This document shows positions 1-10,246 of a DNA stretch of 20,000 bases, one piece after another. The stretch is from an uncultured virus (IMG/VR IMGVR_UViG_3300043086_000101). Lineage: Duplodnaviria; Heunggongvirae; Uroviricota; Caudoviricetes. The notes beneath the pieces were generated by a model. It had not been told where the DNA came from, did not search any database, and saw only the letters and a list, made by a program, of their open reading frames with translations. Location: the IMG/VR virus record IMGVR_UViG_3300043086_000101; one strand, written 5' to 3'. A program made the position numbers and the translations under genes. Within the stretch, counting starts at the first letter, position 1. Each line of letters starts with the position of its first letter.

Positions 1-1
1 T

Positions 2-2326
2 AAATATATCTTTTTCTTGTGCATCTTTATCACTCTGTATTATATCATTAGTTATTTCTAAGCCAACTAAAATTCCAGAAGTGTCTCTAACGCTACCAAA
101 GTTTCTATAATAAACATTTTGATACCCATCTTTAGGATATTTTATGTTATTTCTATATGTTGCATACTCATTAGGATTTACTAAGTAAGCTGCTGTCCAT
201 ATATATCCTTTATTATCAGTATCTTCATCAGGATAAGTGGTGCTGGCAAGACTTCCATCGTCATCATAGGTTTTCTTGCCTGTGTAGCGTTTACTTTTGT
301 CTGAATATAAAATATAAAGATTTTTAAGACTCGAAGAACTATTTCCTGATACGGGGTCAGTAATAATTCTAACATCTTCAATACCATTAATAGCAGAATC
401 ATCAATCGTTTCAGGACCAGTATTATATTTTACTTGAAGATTTTTATCGTCATTAATACCTGTACCTATAAGGCCAATACTTTTAATATATTTCAGTTGG
501 AAATTATTGTTCGTTACTGAACCATTTTGTGCTATTTCTTTTAATGAAAAAGATTTCTGTTCCCCTTGGTCATCCTTACCATTAGTATAAAAAGAAATTA
601 TACCGTTATCAGCTATTCCAGCTTTTTCAATTTTTTCCAACGCATTTTCAAATGTTGTTTCAGTTTGATTGCTAAAAACAAAAGTTAAATCTGCATCTTC
701 ATTCTTTACCTTATATGGGAAAAGCAATTGACAAGAATCTGCTAAATATTCATCTATATAATTACCTTGGTCATTTTTCTTTTTTAAATTATATGTAAAG
801 GTAATAGTACCACCTTTTGTATTTAGTACTTGTACAATTTCTTGTTTAGCATCATCATATTCATATACTTCAGTCTCAGGATTATTATAATCAATACCTC
901 TTAAATACTGAATTGGATTATTATCATTCAAAATAATTTTTTCATCATTAGGTTCTTTATTTTCATTTACTCCATTTGTATAAGTATATGAAACTAAGCC
1001 TGTAGAATCATCGTATTCTACTTTTTTGGGTAGATGCAATGTTTCGCTATAAATAGTTTCTCCACCAAGACTATTATTATTTAGTTCAATAGTAAATATA
1101 CCAGTTTTCGTATCTAGAGATATGCCTGTTATCGTTGTAATTGCTTCTTCAAAAATATCGCTATTATCATACGTATAATCAAAATGTATAGTACCATTAT
1201 CTTCGATATTAACATTTGCTATACTGTTATAATCACCAAGATATATATAATATTTTTGTACTGGTTCATCATCATATATATCAGTAGTATAAATTATAAT
1301 CTGTCTTGATTTATTATCTTTTTCTTCTACAGAATTTTCTTTTTCAAAAAGATAGTTTAATTCATCTGCTGAAAGACAATCATCTGGATTCACTGAAGTA
1401 GTATATGTTGTATCTTTTTGATTTTCATCATTAATATATTTACCAGTAAAAGCAGTCGGTCTATAAATGCGCACATCACCAAGAGCAAATTCACCCTCTG
1501 AATTTTTAATAATCACTTTTTCAATTGTGCTTGCTGTTTCATTATTTACTGGAACTAAGTTATAATTACTGCCCTCTATCTTTGCTTTATAAATAACAAT
1601 ATTATTTAAGCTATCGCCTTTAACTCCTTTTGGAATTTTTAAGTCCCATTGCTGATGGAAAGGTTGCCTTTTGCTATCTTTTCCAAGCATTGTTTCAACT
1701 GGTTCAGTATTTTCTTCATATGGACTAACTATTGTAGAAGTGAAATCAATCACGTTATATGGCATTGTAAAACCAACATACATAAAAGAATCATTTTCAG
1801 AATTTAAGCTTCTGAAGTTAACCCATTGCCATTGGATTTGATCGCCACCATCTTCGTCACCAGCAATTAGATTATGGCTATCCACAGTAAATTTTTCTGT
1901 ATATAAATCATTAATGGTATCTGCGGCACTAGTAAGAGTTTTATTAACTAATTTCTTTTCTGCATTTCTATAATATACATTCGGAGAATAATTAGTAAAA
2001 TCATCATATTTTGCAATCTTATTATTTACTGCTGTTTTTACACCAAAAACATCATCATCAGTTGGAGTGGCTACTTCGATTAATGGAGTACCACTCGCGG
2101 GACCAACAATTTGTCCAATATATTCTCCACCAGTAGTACCTCTTCTATAAATTTGACCATTCTCACTGTCATTTTTATTTGGGGTATCAATAATGCAATA
2201 TTCTCCATACCAAACAGTAGTATAATTTGAATCTTGTTCAAAAGCTTCTTCCATCGCTGAAGTAGATTCAAAGGAGGTTTTAATTACAAACGGGGTTCCT
2301 GGCTGGCCTCCATAAAAACTATCCAT
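2..2326 (-). CDS. Putative virion structural (baseplate/tail fibre-like) protein, 3'-partial, >775 aa; absent from the supplied ORF track
   Basis: ATG at 2326-2324 preceded by TAAGGAGGT (GGAGG at 2340-2336). I read the frame codon by codon to position 2 with no stop: MDSFYGGQPGTPFVIKTSF...VWYGEYCIIDTPNKNDSENGQIYRRG...QPFHQQWDLKIPKGVKGDSL...YRNFGSVRDTSGILVGLEI... It has a short G-X-Y motif and repeated beta-hairpin units. The CDS is secure; the function is inferred. Confidence 0.85.
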   Translation of the reverse strand, partial: MDSFYGGQPGTPFVIKTSFESTSAMEEAFEQDSNYTTVWYGEYCIIDTPNKNDSENGQIYRRGTTGGEYIGQIVGPASGTPLIEVATPTDDDVFGVKTAVNNKIAKYDDFTNYSPNVYYRNAEKKLVNKTLTSAADTINDLYTEKFTVDSHNLIAGDEDGGDQIQWQWVNFRSLNSENDSFMYVGFTMPYNVIDFTSTIVSPYEENTEPVETMLGKDSKRQPFHQQWDLKIPKGVKGDSLNNIVIYKAKIEGSNYNLVPVNNETASTIEKVIIKNSEGEFALGDVRIYRPTAFTGKYINDENQKDTTYTTSVNPDDCLSADELNYLFEKENSVEEKDNKSRQIIIYTTDIYDDEPVQKYYIYLGDYNSIANVNIEDNGTIHFDYTYDNSDIFEEAITTITGISLDTKTGIFTIELNNNSLGGETIYSETLHLPKKVEYDDSTGLVSYTYTNGVNENKEPNDEKIILNDNNPIQYLRGIDYNNPETEVYEYDDAKQEIVQVLNTKGGTITFTYNLKKKNDQGNYIDEYLADSCQLLFPYKVKNEDADLTFVFSNQTETTFENALEKIEKAGIADNGIISFYTNGKDDQGEQKSFSLKEIAQNGSVTNNNFQLKYIKSIGLIGTGINDDKNLQVKYNTGPETIDDSAINGIEDVRIITDPVSGNSSSSLKNLYILYSDKSKRYTGKKTYDDDGSLASTTYPDEDTDNKGYIWTAAYLVNPNEYATYRNNIKYPKDGYQNVYYRNFGSVRDTSGILVGLEITNDIIQSDKDAQEKDIF

Positions 2327-2343
2327 ATATTTTTACCTCCTTA

Positions 2344-3489
2344 TTAACTATTTGTAGATGTATTTTTAATATATTCATAATCAATTACAAATGAATTATT
2401 AATTTGTTCAGATGATAAATTAGTTGTTTGAGTGCTTCCTGCATTGAAACAGTAGCCAGAATAAGAACCAGATGCAATGCCGATAGATGTAATTGGGATT
2501 GCATCAAAACTAAATTGACCGCTTGGTCCAATTCTCATTTCTTCTCCATTAATAATCATCATCAAGCCAGGATTTCCATTAATTGTCATCTTGGATAAAG
2601 AAGAAAATGAAGAAGAATTTTCAAAATTTGGAATAATATTATTTACTAAATACAATGCATAACCAACGTTATCTGGATTAACATATCGTCCCGCAACTTG
2701 TTCATTGTTAATACTATTAACAATATTATTATCTGCGGAGTCTCTTGTAATTTCAAACCACACACAATCTAAATCAGTTGCTTCGATTCCAACTTTAAAC
2801 ATTAAATCAATAGTAACATAAGCATTACTAGACTCAGATTCAAATACAGAATTTAATGTAGCATAGCTTAGTTGCTTAATTTGTTTTAATCCTGCTACTT
2901 TGTTACCAGTACTATTCTCATATTCTACCCCAATATAAAAAACACTAGCATTTGCATATGTAACATCACTATGATTTAAAATATATATCTGGTCAACTGT
3001 AATTTCACCTTTTTGCGGGTCATAAAATACTGGGGTATAGTATCCATTCTTATCAGATTCTGTAACGTTAGCTACGGTATCTTTATCTACAATACAAGTA
3101 GTTCCTTTTCCTTCTGAATTAATATAATAAGCTACTCCTACCACTGTATTAATAGCAGTTTCTGGAGAAATAGTAATTTCTCCTAAATATTGATAATTAT
3201 ATCCAACTGACCCTGTTGCAATAGAATCATAATTTACTAATTTCATTGTTAGCTCTAATGTATAATTTTTATCTTTTGGAATTTGAACTCTTAAATAATA
3301 TTCAGAATTTGGAATAAAATTTGTAATTTCATCTCCTGTATTGTCAGTGGTATTAGGTAATTGTAAACCAAAATCTCTATATATATTTTGAATTTCAACA
3401 GCTGTCAAACTAGAACTTTTATTTACAAGACATGTATTTCCAGTAGCTCCTGTATATCTATATTGTCCCATTCCATGAGATGTTGCCAT
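2344..3489 (-). CDS. Hypothetical phage structural protein (381 aa), probably beta-sandwich baseplate/tail component
   Basis: Long ORF with RBS AAAAGGAG 7 nt before ATG and tandem TAA TAA stops. Beta-rich composition; C-terminal INGNPGLMMIINGEEMRIGPSGQFSF motif; lies within the tail module. Confidence 0.75.
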   Translation of the reverse strand: MATSHGMGQYRYTGATGNTCLVNKSSSLTAVEIQNIYRDFGLQLPNTTDNTGDEITNFIPNSEYYLRVQIPKDKNYTLELTMKLVNYDSIATGSVGYNYQYLGEITISPETAINTVVGVAYYINSEGKGTTCIVDKDTVANVTESDKNGYYTPVFYDPQKGEITVDQIYILNHSDVTYANASVFYIGVEYENSTGNKVAGLKQIKQLSYATLNSVFESESSNAYVTIDLMFKVGIEATDLDCVWFEITRDSADNNIVNSINNEQVAGRYVNPDNVGYALYLVNNIIPNFENSSSFSSLSKMTINGNPGLMMIINGEEMRIGPSGQFSFDAIPITSIGIASGSYSGYCFNAGSTQTTNLSSEQINNSFVIDYEYIKNTSTNS

Positions 3490-3507
3490 TATAATCTCCT
3501 TTTATTT

Positions 3508-6500
3508 CTATGGTTTTTCTGTGCAGGCAGAAGCAGATACTGACATCATTGAACCCGCACCAAGAGGAATAGATAAATTGCTTACAGTAAAATCTCCATA
3601 TGTATTTGTAGTCTTATCATTAACTGTAATTCTACTATTAACATCAAGGTAAAATACTGGCAAAGTCGTCATTGAAATTGTTTTCTTGAAAGTTGTATAT
3701 TCCATTAAATTAGTTTTAATTTCTTCATACGCGGCATTATGACTACCGCCTGTAACTAAATTAGAATATGTATTGGCATCAAGCTGACAATATGCAATAT
3801 TTTGGTCTATACATTCGTCTACATCTGCCTGAACTTCATCTTTTGTTCTACCTGAAGCTCCTCCCGCAGCAAGAATATAGCATACCTCTGGAATTTCTGG
3901 TTCAAATAAACAATTTACATCTTTACTAGAAACAACTTTACTTCTGCGGCCAATGTTAGAAATACAATATTCAGCTATTTGATTAGCATTTGAATCTGTT
4001 GGGTCAATAAAATCTAAATAATAACAACCACCAGTCTCTACCCCACTATAGAATCCACCATTTTTTAAATCATAAACTTGCGGCCAGAAGGCTTCAAGTT
4101 CAGGAAAATAATAATCAATATCTACTACCTGTTGGCTCATATTTAATCCTAGTGATGAAATCCATTCATATTCTTCATCACTAGCATTTAATGTACCATT
4201 GTTATACTTATCTAGTTGAGAAGCAATAGAAAAATATTGTGTATTATCATCCGTTAAGATATAATTAGCACTAGTCCCAGAATTTTTATTAATCATTCCT
4301 TGTAAATACATTTCGGTTCTCCAGTCAGTTGGAGTATAACCTGTTTCTATATAATTATAAGTAGACGATAAGGATAATGCCCATTTAGCAAAGCTATAAG
4401 CGGTGGGATACCTTGTGCCTTCCCCATAAAAAGATTTCATAATTGTACCTTCATCTGTATCTTTATTTTCATCTTGTGGAAAAGTTGTGGGAAGATAATA
4501 AGTTATAATTTTTTCATCATCATCTTCATCATCTAAAAATTCTCCATAGAATAAATTATCATCATCCCAATAATAAAAGTGAAAATCATATATCGATGGA
4601 TTTTGTTTAACAGCATAATATTCTGTTAATGTTAATTCTTTTCTAGCATATGCAACAATATCTTCAGAATTTACTTGTTCATCTGTAATCTGGTTAAAAA
4701 CTTTATTATTATTATCATCGATAGTTAAAGTATAACAAGAGTTATTTTTAGAATCAGTTTTTATATAATAATAAACTTTTGTGTTTAATTGATAATATTG
4801 GTTAAAGCTATTAGAAGATAGTGTTGTTTTCATTTTAGTGTAATCACTTGATTCTTTTTTGATAGTTTCTATGTAGTTGTCATAAACATTATCATTACTA
4901 TCAATAGTAGCCGCGGTAATGTTCTCATAAGAAGTTTTAACTTCTTTATAATCCCAGTCAACAGATTCAGAAACTTCTGAAGAACTAATTATTTTATCAG
5001 AATCGGATAAATAATTTGTCGCTAAATAATTAAATTCTTTTTTATCTGCACTAATGTTAGAGATAGTCGCAGATTCAACTGTCGATATATTTACGTCAAA
5101 AGAAGGATTTAGTTTCTCAAGTTGTTCTTCTATATTCTCAATAGATTTATTTAAATTCTCAATATTTACTTGAATAATACTATTTTCTATCTCAATATTA
5201 TTCATTCTAGTATTTAAAGTTACTTCTTCTAAAATCTTTTTTGCTTGATTCTCATCTGAAATATCTTCTAAATTAAGAGTTTCAATATCAGACACTAAAT
5301 CTTCTTTAATTTTTATGAAATCTTCTTTATCCTCTTCTGATAACTTTGATAAATAACTTAGATTTGATAATAAATTTTCAAGTTTTGCTTTTGCTTTATC
5401 TTTCGCGTCTTCTTCCTTTTCATCTAATAAACCCAGTAGCTCTATAAGTCTATTTGAATCTAGCTCTTGATTTTGCAACATACTATCCAAAATAGATTTA
5501 AAAGAATCAGATAAATTTGATTTTCCAAAGTTAGCGGCAATATAATAAATAGCTACATTATATAATGTTTGCTTTGCATCATTTAGTGATTTTTGTTTAT
5601 TCAAATCATCAATTTGCAACTGAATTTCTTCTTCTTGTGATTGTAAAGAGTTTCTCTCTTCTTCATTCGTATCATAAGCTTCTAGTGAAACAATATTAAA
5701 TTCAGTGTCTTTTCTAAATTGAGCATAAATAAGATTATTATCTCCAATTTCAGGTAAATCGTTTCCCATTCCTATAATTGTTGGAAAACCAATTTTAACT
5801 AATCCAGTACTTGGTTCTTTATAAATCAATAGACCATAATAAGTATTTAAATTTATAGGCTTCTTATCGATTGCTAAATGATATATTACAGAATATGTAG
5901 CATTTGTCGAAGCACTGGTACCAGTTCCTGTAACAACAAAATCATTTTTGATATTTTCATATTGCGGATTTTGTGTCATAGATGCAATATTACAATTATC
6001 AGAAAAAGAATATGTACTTTTGCCTACAGTAGTATCTACTAAATAATCATTTTCAGACATATCAGTTAACGCAATACTGCCCAAAGTCGTATTTAAGTAA
6101 TTTTTCTTTTCTCTAAAATGAAAAATACCATATTCATCAAAGAAGTATTCATAGTTACCTAGATAAGAAACAAGTTTATCTAAAACACTTGTAACCGACT
6201 CTCCAGCATTTGCAGTTAATTCTTTAGTATAAACAAAATCTTCCCACACATAACCAATTTCATCTCCATAACTATATTTTAAAACAGCAGGTTTTGTTGA
6301 ATCGGAGATATAATCTTGATAGTCTGAAGCCGTAGAAATATTATATGTAATATCCCCATCATTGTTTACTGGACTTAAATATAAAGGAGTATCGCCATTC
6401 CATTTAACAACTCTTTTGATTCTTTGCGGCACATCTTCAATAATAATATTGTCTAACTCTTCATTACCAAAGTGATTAACTAATTCTTGTATTATACTAT

Positions 6501-7065
6501 AAATATTAACTTTAGTACTAGTATATGCGCCAGATGCACTTTGTGTTTCAGCTTCATCAATAATTGTTGCTATTGGAAAAGTTCCACCAGTAATACCATT
6601 TAATCCGCACATCTTATCTTTTAAACTCAAACTTATATTAACAACACTACTTGTAGAAGAGGTAATACTAGCAGATGATATATAAAATACTCCTTGCGGG
6701 AACCAAAAAATAGGATACTTCTTATATTTATCAGTTCTATTTTCTACTCCAATTTCAACAAATACTTTTTTATTAATTGAAAAATCTAAATTTAAATCTT
6801 CAACATCATAACTACCAGCATCAACAGTGGCAGCAAGATTGCAAGTACGACGAATGGATGAAGAGCCATCCTTGGTAATACTACCAGAGGATAGCTCTCC
6901 TTGAATTTCCTTAATTGGAAGTTCACTCCAAGATAATAAAGTTATTCTTATATATTGCTTTTGGTTAACATAATCATCCAGTTTAGAGAGAAAGTCTTGC
7001 TTTTGTTGAGTAGTATTTAAATCTTGATAATATGGGTCAAGAAGATATGGATACTGTCTTTTCAT
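3508..7065 (-). CDS. Putative tail-tip hub/Tal-like protein (DUF5048-like N-terminus) with large central insertion (1185 aa)
   Basis: RBS AAGGAG overlaps the upstream stop. N-terminal EIQGELSSGSITKDGSSSIRRTCNL...FPQGVFYISSASI...ISLSLKDKM...LTANAGESVTSVLDKLVSYLGNYEYFFDEYGIFHF and C-terminal LPVFYLDVNSRITV...GDFTVSNLSIPL resemble gp27-like hub proteins. Follows the Dit-like gene. Family assignment is from memory of motifs. Confidence 0.65.
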   Translation of the reverse strand: MKRQYPYLLDPYYQDLNTTQQKQDFLSKLDDYVNQKQYIRITLLSWSELPIKEIQGELSSGSITKDGSSSIRRTCNLAATVDAGSYDVEDLNLDFSINKKVFVEIGVENRTDKYKKYPIFWFPQGVFYISSASITSSTSSVVNISLSLKDKMCGLNGITGGTFPIATIIDEAETQSASGAYTSTKVNIYSIIQELVNHFGNEELDNIIIEDVPQRIKRVVKWNGDTPLYLSPVNNDGDITYNISTASDYQDYISDSTKPAVLKYSYGDEIGYVWEDFVYTKELTANAGESVTSVLDKLVSYLGNYEYFFDEYGIFHFREKKNYLNTTLGSIALTDMSENDYLVDTTVGKSTYSFSDNCNIASMTQNPQYENIKNDFVVTGTGTSASTNATYSVIYHLAIDKKPINLNTYYGLLIYKEPSTGLVKIGFPTIIGMGNDLPEIGDNNLIYAQFRKDTEFNIVSLEAYDTNEEERNSLQSQEEEIQLQIDDLNKQKSLNDAKQTLYNVAIYYIAANFGKSNLSDSFKSILDSMLQNQELDSNRLIELLGLLDEKEEDAKDKAKAKLENLLSNLSYLSKLSEEDKEDFIKIKEDLVSDIETLNLEDISDENQAKKILEEVTLNTRMNNIEIENSIIQVNIENLNKSIENIEEQLEKLNPSFDVNISTVESATISNISADKKEFNYLATNYLSDSDKIISSSEVSESVDWDYKEVKTSYENITAATIDSNDNVYDNYIETIKKESSDYTKMKTTLSSNSFNQYYQLNTKVYYYIKTDSKNNSCYTLTIDDNNNKVFNQITDEQVNSEDIVAYARKELTLTEYYAVKQNPSIYDFHFYYWDDDNLFYGEFLDDEDDDEKIITYYLPTTFPQDENKDTDEGTIMKSFYGEGTRYPTAYSFAKWALSLSSTYNYIETGYTPTDWRTEMYLQGMINKNSGTSANYILTDDNTQYFSIASQLDKYNNGTLNASDEEYEWISSLGLNMSQQVVDIDYYFPELEAFWPQVYDLKNGGFYSGVETGGCYYLDFIDPTDSNANQIAEYCISNIGRRSKVVSSKDVNCLFEPEIPEVCYILAAGGASGRTKDEVQADVDECIDQNIAYCQLDANTYSNLVTGGSHNAAYEEIKTNLMEYTTFKKTISMTTLPVFYLDVNSRITVNDKTTNTYGDFTVSNLSIPLGAGSMMSVSASACTEKP

Positions 7066-7068
7066 ATT

Positions 7069-10000
7069 TTACTCCTTACTCTCCACTTTATTATTCTGGT
7101 CTTGACCTACATTTTCTTCAGAATTGGATTCAATCTCTTCAGGACTCTCTGTATTTTCTCCACTATTATCTGTATTTCCTTCACCATTATCATAATCTGA
7201 TTCAGTTTCTAAAACATAACCAGTATAACTTATTGTTCCTTCACCAGGAACTGCGACAATTCCTGTTTTTTCATCTTTATTATACGTAAAAGAATACCAA
7301 CTATTATTAAAATAAATATAATATTGATTTTTAACAGTGTAAACGGTATTACGAGTAGGGGATATGATAGAATTAACAGTATTATAATTTGTATTGTCAT
7401 TACTCATAATAAATTGTTTATTATTAATAAATTTCAAATTTGAAGAACTAGTTTCAAAAACCAATCTTCCTCTATAAATAATTTCTTGAATATTATATTC
7501 TTTACTTAAATTTAATATTCCAGTTTCTCCAATGATAGCTCTTGAACCAGTATAAAAATCTAATTCTCCAGTATGTCTAATGTCAAAAACTGAGTAGGGA
7601 TTTACATCAAAAATCAAGCCGCCCCAGTTTCTAATTGCTCTAGTATATAAAATATGATTGGAAATATATGCATAAGCATATTTCTTTTTAATTAGAGTTG
7701 AAATATTTTGATCATTAGGTTCAAAAATACCAGAATATTGTCCAGCTATATAGTCAGTAGAAGTTGCAAAAGCATCGCCTATACCTTCTTGATAACCAGT
7801 CCTTAAATAATTAAATGTACCTTCAATAGTTACAATATCTCCTGGGTCTATCCACATTTGATATATCGGTATATCTGTTGGAAGTTGATAATATCCTCTA
7901 TGATTTATAAAAATTTCTTGATTTTTATCAGACGTAGAATTATTAAGTGAATTAACATTAATTGTGCTTCTATATCCGAACAAATATTCATAAGTATTAA
8001 AATACATATTTTTTGGTGCAACTGCATTTTCTTTATCTTCATAATTATATGTTTGTTTAACTAAATCATTGAGATTATTTATCTTATAATAATTAGGTTT
8101 ACTAGTAAAATATAGTTTTACATCTTTAATATAATATGCACTACTTTCATCTATAGAATTATTTCTTCTAACTCCAACACCTCGTCTTTTAATATCTTTC
8201 ATAATTTCACTAACTATATCAATTTGAGTATTAGTACTAGATGAGATATTATATAGCTGAAATGGAATAGATACATTATTATCTTCATATGCAGACGATG
8301 AATCATCATCAGAATTATCCTTATCTTCATCACCATTATCAGTAGAAGAATTTAATGTAACTAAACTAGCAGAAGGAATATTAACAATTCCAAGGGTACT
8401 TAAATCTGATAAAGATGTAGCATCTGCTACTTCATAAACTGTTGCAGATAAATCCCAAATTCTGCGGCCAATAGTAGCATTAGGAGTAATACTAATATCA
8501 GTAAGTATTACTGCCATTAATCCTTCAGATGGTGAGCGATAAAGTTTTACTTCACCATCATTAAGCCAATCAATTACTTCATCCCTGAAAATTCTTTCCC
8601 AGAAGGTATCATTATGTACATATGTATTTTTATTAACATATATATCATATGAACTATCGCTACTACCAGTAATCATCTTATAACCAAAAGAAGAGCTATC
8701 GCTTTCATTGCTCTTCAAGTATTCAGCATAATATTCTTCAGTTCCATCAATACTCTTGAAATATTTTTCTCTATCGTAGAATGTTCCATCTAAATCAAGC
8801 ATACCAGTGATAGTTGCGGAAATAGAAAATTGCTTGTAATTCATAGCAGCATTTTCCGCAAATTTAGGATATTTTCCGCCTAACGTATCAATTTTAGCCC
8901 TATTAACAACACTCTTAAAACTTGAAATTTTATAATTATATTTAAGATTAAGTTGTCTATTTTGTCGATAGAATAAACAATCTTCATAGATAGGATATAA
9001 AACTTGAGAATTTTTAGGTTTAGAAATAGAGCCACTTTGACTTTCAAAATAAACAGAATATTTATACCAAACATGACTTTCTATTGCATAATCGTATATT
9101 GTTTTTTTGAAATCAGAAGTAGAAATATAATCTCCAATAGATTCCCATTCTTTAAAAGATGATTTGCTAGAGGCGCGGCGAACATGAATAATACCTCCTG
9201 AAGGGATAGGAACCGCACTATAGTCAACATATATGGAAATCATTGCCGCTTCAGAATCATATTCAGTTGATAATACTACCCCTGAAACCCAGTCATAGTT
9301 ATCAGTATCCACATAATCATTGATAATAATATCTCTAGTTTCTGTTCCAGAATATTGATTCTTGGTAGTATAATCTACTACCAACGTATAATTTCCAACT
9401 AAAGATGGAGAAGTTAAATCAATGCTAGTATTGATAGCATTTGGATTGACATTTCCAGAAGTATAAATTGTATTAGTGGTAATTAATTCTTCCCCAGTAT
9501 TTGGGTCTAGTAAATATATTCTATATGATTCAATTGTTTCTGTTTCAGTAGAAGAACCAGTACTATTATCACCAAAATAGAAAGTACCAACTATAGGTTG
9601 AACTACCTTTGATAAAATATTAGCATTATGAAGGGCCTCATTATCAATTCTAGTAAAAACTATATGCGGTTTTGCTATTGGACGAATTAAACAAACAGAA
9701 GACCATTCAGAGAAATATTTAGTATTACTAAGAAAATAATTATCATTTTTAGCTATATTAATTAAATCAGGAGCATTATCAGATTCATTATTGCAATCAA
9801 ATCTAATTTGGACTTGATAATATTCGTTATTATTAAAAGATAAATCAGTTTCTGTACCACCATTAGTAGTACCTGTAGTATTATTAGTATCTTCTGTAGA
9901 TTCATTTGAAGAATTATTTTTATTATTAAGATTTTCTGCAAAAACTACATTTGGGTCAATAACAAGTTTATACATCCCAGTTTCAGGGTCATATGCTGCA

Positions 10001-10215
10001 CTTTTGTCAAATTCTTCTATCCAAATTCCGCTAGCAACATTTAAACAATTCAAATTAGTTTTTTGACTTCTTAAAGTGTAATGAATATATTTAATGCTGC
10101 TAGCAGAATTAAAATTAGATATACTGTAATATATTACAGCAGGAGTATCTTTAACAAAGGCTGGCATAAAAGTAGATACAATAGGAGGATACAAAGTATT
10201 ACTTGTATTAGCCAT
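7069..10215 (-). CDS. Putative distal tail (Dit-like) protein with N-terminal Ig/FN3-like and C-terminal extra domains (1048 aa)
   Basis: RBS AAAGGA. Central segment (~8420-8960) KIDTLGGKYPKF...NYKQFSISATI...FRDEVIDWLNDGEVKLYRSPSEGLMAVILTDISITP...LSATVYEV has the pattern of a tube/Dit fold. The preceding IHVRR...WESI...IYDYAIESHVWYKYSV looks FN3-like. Directly upstream of the hub-like gene. Confidence 0.6.
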   Translation of the reverse strand: MANTSNTLYPPIVSTFMPAFVKDTPAVIYYSISNFNSASSIKYIHYTLRSQKTNLNCLNVASGIWIEEFDKSAAYDPETGMYKLVIDPNVVFAENLNNKNNSSNESTEDTNNTTGTTNGGTETDLSFNNNEYYQVQIRFDCNNESDNAPDLINIAKNDNYFLSNTKYFSEWSSVCLIRPIAKPHIVFTRIDNEALHNANILSKVVQPIVGTFYFGDNSTGSSTETETIESYRIYLLDPNTGEELITTNTIYTSGNVNPNAINTSIDLTSPSLVGNYTLVVDYTTKNQYSGTETRDIIINDYVDTDNYDWVSGVVLSTEYDSEAAMISIYVDYSAVPIPSGGIIHVRRASSKSSFKEWESIGDYISTSDFKKTIYDYAIESHVWYKYSVYFESQSGSISKPKNSQVLYPIYEDCLFYRQNRQLNLKYNYKISSFKSVVNRAKIDTLGGKYPKFAENAAMNYKQFSISATITGMLDLDGTFYDREKYFKSIDGTEEYYAEYLKSNESDSSSFGYKMITGSSDSSYDIYVNKNTYVHNDTFWERIFRDEVIDWLNDGEVKLYRSPSEGLMAVILTDISITPNATIGRRIWDLSATVYEVADATSLSDLSTLGIVNIPSASLVTLNSSTDNGDEDKDNSDDDSSSAYEDNNVSIPFQLYNISSSTNTQIDIVSEIMKDIKRRGVGVRRNNSIDESSAYYIKDVKLYFTSKPNYYKINNLNDLVKQTYNYEDKENAVAPKNMYFNTYEYLFGYRSTINVNSLNNSTSDKNQEIFINHRGYYQLPTDIPIYQMWIDPGDIVTIEGTFNYLRTGYQEGIGDAFATSTDYIAGQYSGIFEPNDQNISTLIKKKYAYAYISNHILYTRAIRNWGGLIFDVNPYSVFDIRHTGELDFYTGSRAIIGETGILNLSKEYNIQEIIYRGRLVFETSSSNLKFINNKQFIMSNDNTNYNTVNSIISPTRNTVYTVKNQYYIYFNNSWYSFTYNKDEKTGIVAVPGEGTISYTGYVLETESDYDNGEGNTDNSGENTESPEEIESNSEENVGQDQNNKVESKE

Positions 10216-10246
10216 ATTTTATCCTTTCTTCTAAGATACTATTGTG

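Noticed and set aside
181..405. 74-aa minus-strand ORF in the track
   Set aside because: Out-of-frame shadow inside the uninterrupted 2..2326 gene; no convincing RBS.
2080..2271. 63-aa minus-strand ORF in the track
   Set aside because: Alternate frame within the 2..2326 gene; hydrophobic bias typical of shifted AT-rich coding DNA.
4350..5760. Intein or intron explanation for the large insertions in the hub and spike genes
   Set aside because: Frames are continuous, and I saw no intein splice-junction motifs (C/S start with HN-C/S/T end) or LAGLIDADG/HNH endonuclease signature.
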